DNA of 64,000 nucleotides from Callorhinchus milii (taxonomy: Eukaryota). Where the stretch lies: assembly GCF_018977255.1 (NCBI RefSeq), contig NW_024704742.1, forward strand, positions 103,294,001 through 103,358,000. Reading direction: 5' to 3'. The translations under genes and the position numbers were made by a program. Of this stretch, positions 61,318 to 64,000 are shown piece after piece (position 1 is the stretch's first letter; every line of letters starts with the position of its first letter). A model generated the notes under the pieces. That model saw only the letters and a list, made by a program, of their open reading frames with translations. It searched no databases and was not told the DNA's origin.

Positions 61318-63272
61318 TGGAAGACGCAAGGTACTGAGGATAGCAAAGCGCATTATAGAGAATGCAGGAGTGATCTTAAAAGAGTGATAAGACAGGCTAA
61401 AAGATCGCATGAGAAGAGGCTAGCGGGTAACATAAAGGGGAGTCCTAAAATATTTTACAAGCACATAAAGGAAAAACGGTTAGTTAAAAGTAGGGTGGGG
61501 CCAATCAAAGACAATAACGGCCATCTTGTTGTGGAGGCAGAGGGCATGGCTGATGTACTGAACGAATACTTTGCATCTGTCTTCACAACGGAACTGGATG
61601 CCCCAAATGCCGCGGTATTGGATGAGAGGGTAGAGGAAATAGATCAGATTACTATAGACAGAGCGGAAGTTCTGAAAAGATCGACTGGGCTCAAAATTGA
61701 TAAGTCACCAGGACCAGATGGGTTTCACCCAAGGTTGCTGTGGGAGATACGGGTTCAAATAGCGGAGGCTTTGGCCATTATATTTCAATCTTCATTGGAC
61801 ACAGGAGTGGTGCCAAGGGACTGGAGAGTGGCTAATGTTACCCCCTCTACAAAAAGGGGCAGAAAGACAAACCTGGAAATTACAGGCCAGTCAGCCTAAC
61901 TTCGGTAATAGGAAAACTACTGGAGACCATAATCCGGGACAGAATAAATCTCTACTTAGAGGAACATGAGGTAATTAGAGACAGCCAACATGGATTTGTT
62001 AAAGGCAAATCTTGCCTAACAAATCTAATAGAATTTTTTGAAGAGGTGACTGCAAGGGTTGATGAAGGAAATGCGGTGGACGTTATTTATATGGATTTCA
62101 AAAAGGCTTTTGACACAGTACCGCATAAGAGATTAATACAAAAATTAGAGGCTCACGGTATTAAGGGGACAGTGGCAGTTTGGATTAAGAACTGGCTGAG
62201 TGACAGAAAGCAGAGGGTGGTGGTTAATGGGTGTTTCTCGAAATGGAAAAAAGGTGTGCAGCGGTGCCCCCAGGGATCGGTATTGGGACCACTGCTCTTT
62301 CTAATATATATTACTGATCTGGACTTGGGCATAGAGAGCACCATTTCCAAATTTGCAGATGATACAATGTTAGGTAGGGTAGTAAATAGTGAGGAGGACT
62401 GTAACCAATTGCAAGCAGACATACACAGAATGGTGGAATGGGCTGACATGTGGCAGATGGATTTCAATGTGGATAAGTGTGAGGTGATACACTTATGTAG
62501 GAAAAATGATAGGAGGCAATATAGACTTGGTAGCTCAATCTTAAGGGGGGTGAACGTACAGAGAGATCTGGGTGTTCAAGTAAGCGAATCATTAAAGGTA
62601 GTGGGGCAGGTAGATAAGGCAGTAAAAAAGGCATTTGGTGTACTGAGCTTTATTAGTAGGGGCATAGAGTATAAGAGCAGGGAGGTTATGGTTAATCTAT
62701 ACAAAACACTGGTTAGGCCTCAGCTGGAGTACTGCATCCAGTTCTGGGCACCTTACTTCAGGAAGGACATTAAGGCACTGGAAAGGGTGCAGAGGAGATT
62801 CACAAGAATGATAACAGGAATGGGGAACCTTAGCTATGAGGACAGGCTGGAGAAGTTAGGACTTTTCCCATTAGAGCAGAGAAGGTTACGCGGGGACCTG
62901 ATAGAGGTCTTCAAGATCATGAAAGGTTTCGACAGGCGAGATAAGGAAAAGCTGTTTCCGCTGTTTCACGTGGTCACAGTCTTACGATATCTACCAAAGG
63001 AAGCAGAGGGGAGGTTAGAAGAAATTTTTTCACTCAGCGAGTTGTTCAAATTTGGAATGATCTGCCTGAAAGGGTAGTGAAGTCCGATTCGTTAACAGCT
63101 TTTAAGAGAGAACTGGATAGGTATCTGGGGAAGATGGGTTTGCAGGGTTATGGGGAGAAAGCTGGTGATTGGGGTTAGTGAAAGTGACTTGCTCTGTCAA
63201 AGAGCTGGCACAGATTCGATGGGCCGAATGGCCTCTTTCTGTGCCGTAACATTCTATGAATCTATGAATCTA
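61318..63272 (+). mobile_element. CR1 LINE, 5'-truncated, ORF2 frameshifted
   Basis: [50 protein letters not shown]; tail ATTCTATGAATCTATGAATCTAT. Confidence 0.97.
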
Positions 63273-63529
63273 TAAGAATGTCTCTGGAAATAAAATCGGG
63301 ATTGGAAAGGTCCCTATTGTTGCCAAAATGTTTAAGCAATTAAGGATTTCCATGCTGATACTGGACATCATCATACTGGACTGACATCAGTTCTCAAATT
63401 GGCATCAGTCAGAATAATTCATAGATGCCATATGCTTTGTAGTTCCCTGGCGTGGACAGATGGTTTTCCTGCTTAATGCCACCATTGAATAAAGACTGTT
63501 TCATCACCAGCACATTTGACTTAATAACA

Positions 63530-64000
63530 TTTAAAGATAGGTTACATGAGGTCTCTGTGGTTTTAAGGAGTGAAGCGGGGTGATGTCCAGAGGAGTAGAA
63601 AATAAAAATAGGTAGGTAATGTTAGATTTATATAAAATCTTAAAGACACTACATTTGGAGTACTCGGCACAATTATGGTTGACGTGATATAGGAAGGATA
63701 TTGTAGCATTGGAGTACTGCATAAATTTATAAAGATCTTACCAAGGATGAGTGGATACAGCTAACAAGAAAGATTGGACAGATTTTTTTCTCTCCAGAGA
63801 TGAGACGATTGAGATGAGATCTAATAGAAGTATGTAAGATTCTGAAAGGGTTCAGTAAGGTGAACGATAATAAGCAGCTGGTGAATTCGAAATGAGAAGG
63901 CATAAATATAAGATATCTTGTAGCAGATCTGAAAGGGCGTTAAGGAAGAATGTCTTCATGCAGAGGGTGCTGGAATGTGGAACTCATTTTGGAAGCTTTA
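63530..64000 (+). mobile_element. Older CR1 ORF2 fragment, runs off the window end
   Basis: LDLYKILRH...LEYSAQLW, DLIEVCKILKGF, FMQRVL remnants with stops. Confidence 0.85.

Noticed and set aside
62046..63077. 343-aa RT ORF as a functional gene
   Set aside because: Piece of a frameshifted, 5'-truncated CR1 ORF2

Overview
Eukaryotic, vertebrate-type, AT-rich and CpG-depleted non-coding DNA, either an intron or intergenic sequence. The repeat mix is abundant CR1 LINEs with (ATTCTATG)n-type tails, L2 LINEs with (GTT)n tails, Deu-domain SINEs, a tRNA-Ala-headed SINE with an L2-type tail, and Penelope-like GIY-YIG remnants. This points to a cartilaginous fish, possibly a chimaera, but that is inference from repeat content only. 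I could not recognise any host protein-coding gene, rRNA, true tRNA or CRISPR array. Every long ORF in the track is a dead LINE ORF2 (L2 at 52405-54567; CR1 at 18771-20335, 49194-49697 and 61384-63077) or an antisense or shifted frame of one. The most interesting items are: (i) minimal hammerhead-ribozyme motifs in the 3' ends of three Penelope-like copies; (ii) a modular SINE built from a tRNA-Ala head, a variable middle, a Deu-SINE-like 3' body and an L2 stem-loop tail, with tail exchange visible in the window; (iii) multi-level nested insertions, several with readable target-site duplications; (iv) an old unclassified repeat in four copies with LF-SINE-like motifs; (v) a near-perfect 52-bp-arm hairpin made by local inversion of a SINE; (vi) a few well-formed but unidentified candidate exons. 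Boundaries of old elements were read by eye and may be off by tens of bases. I found no convincing new multi-gene system.
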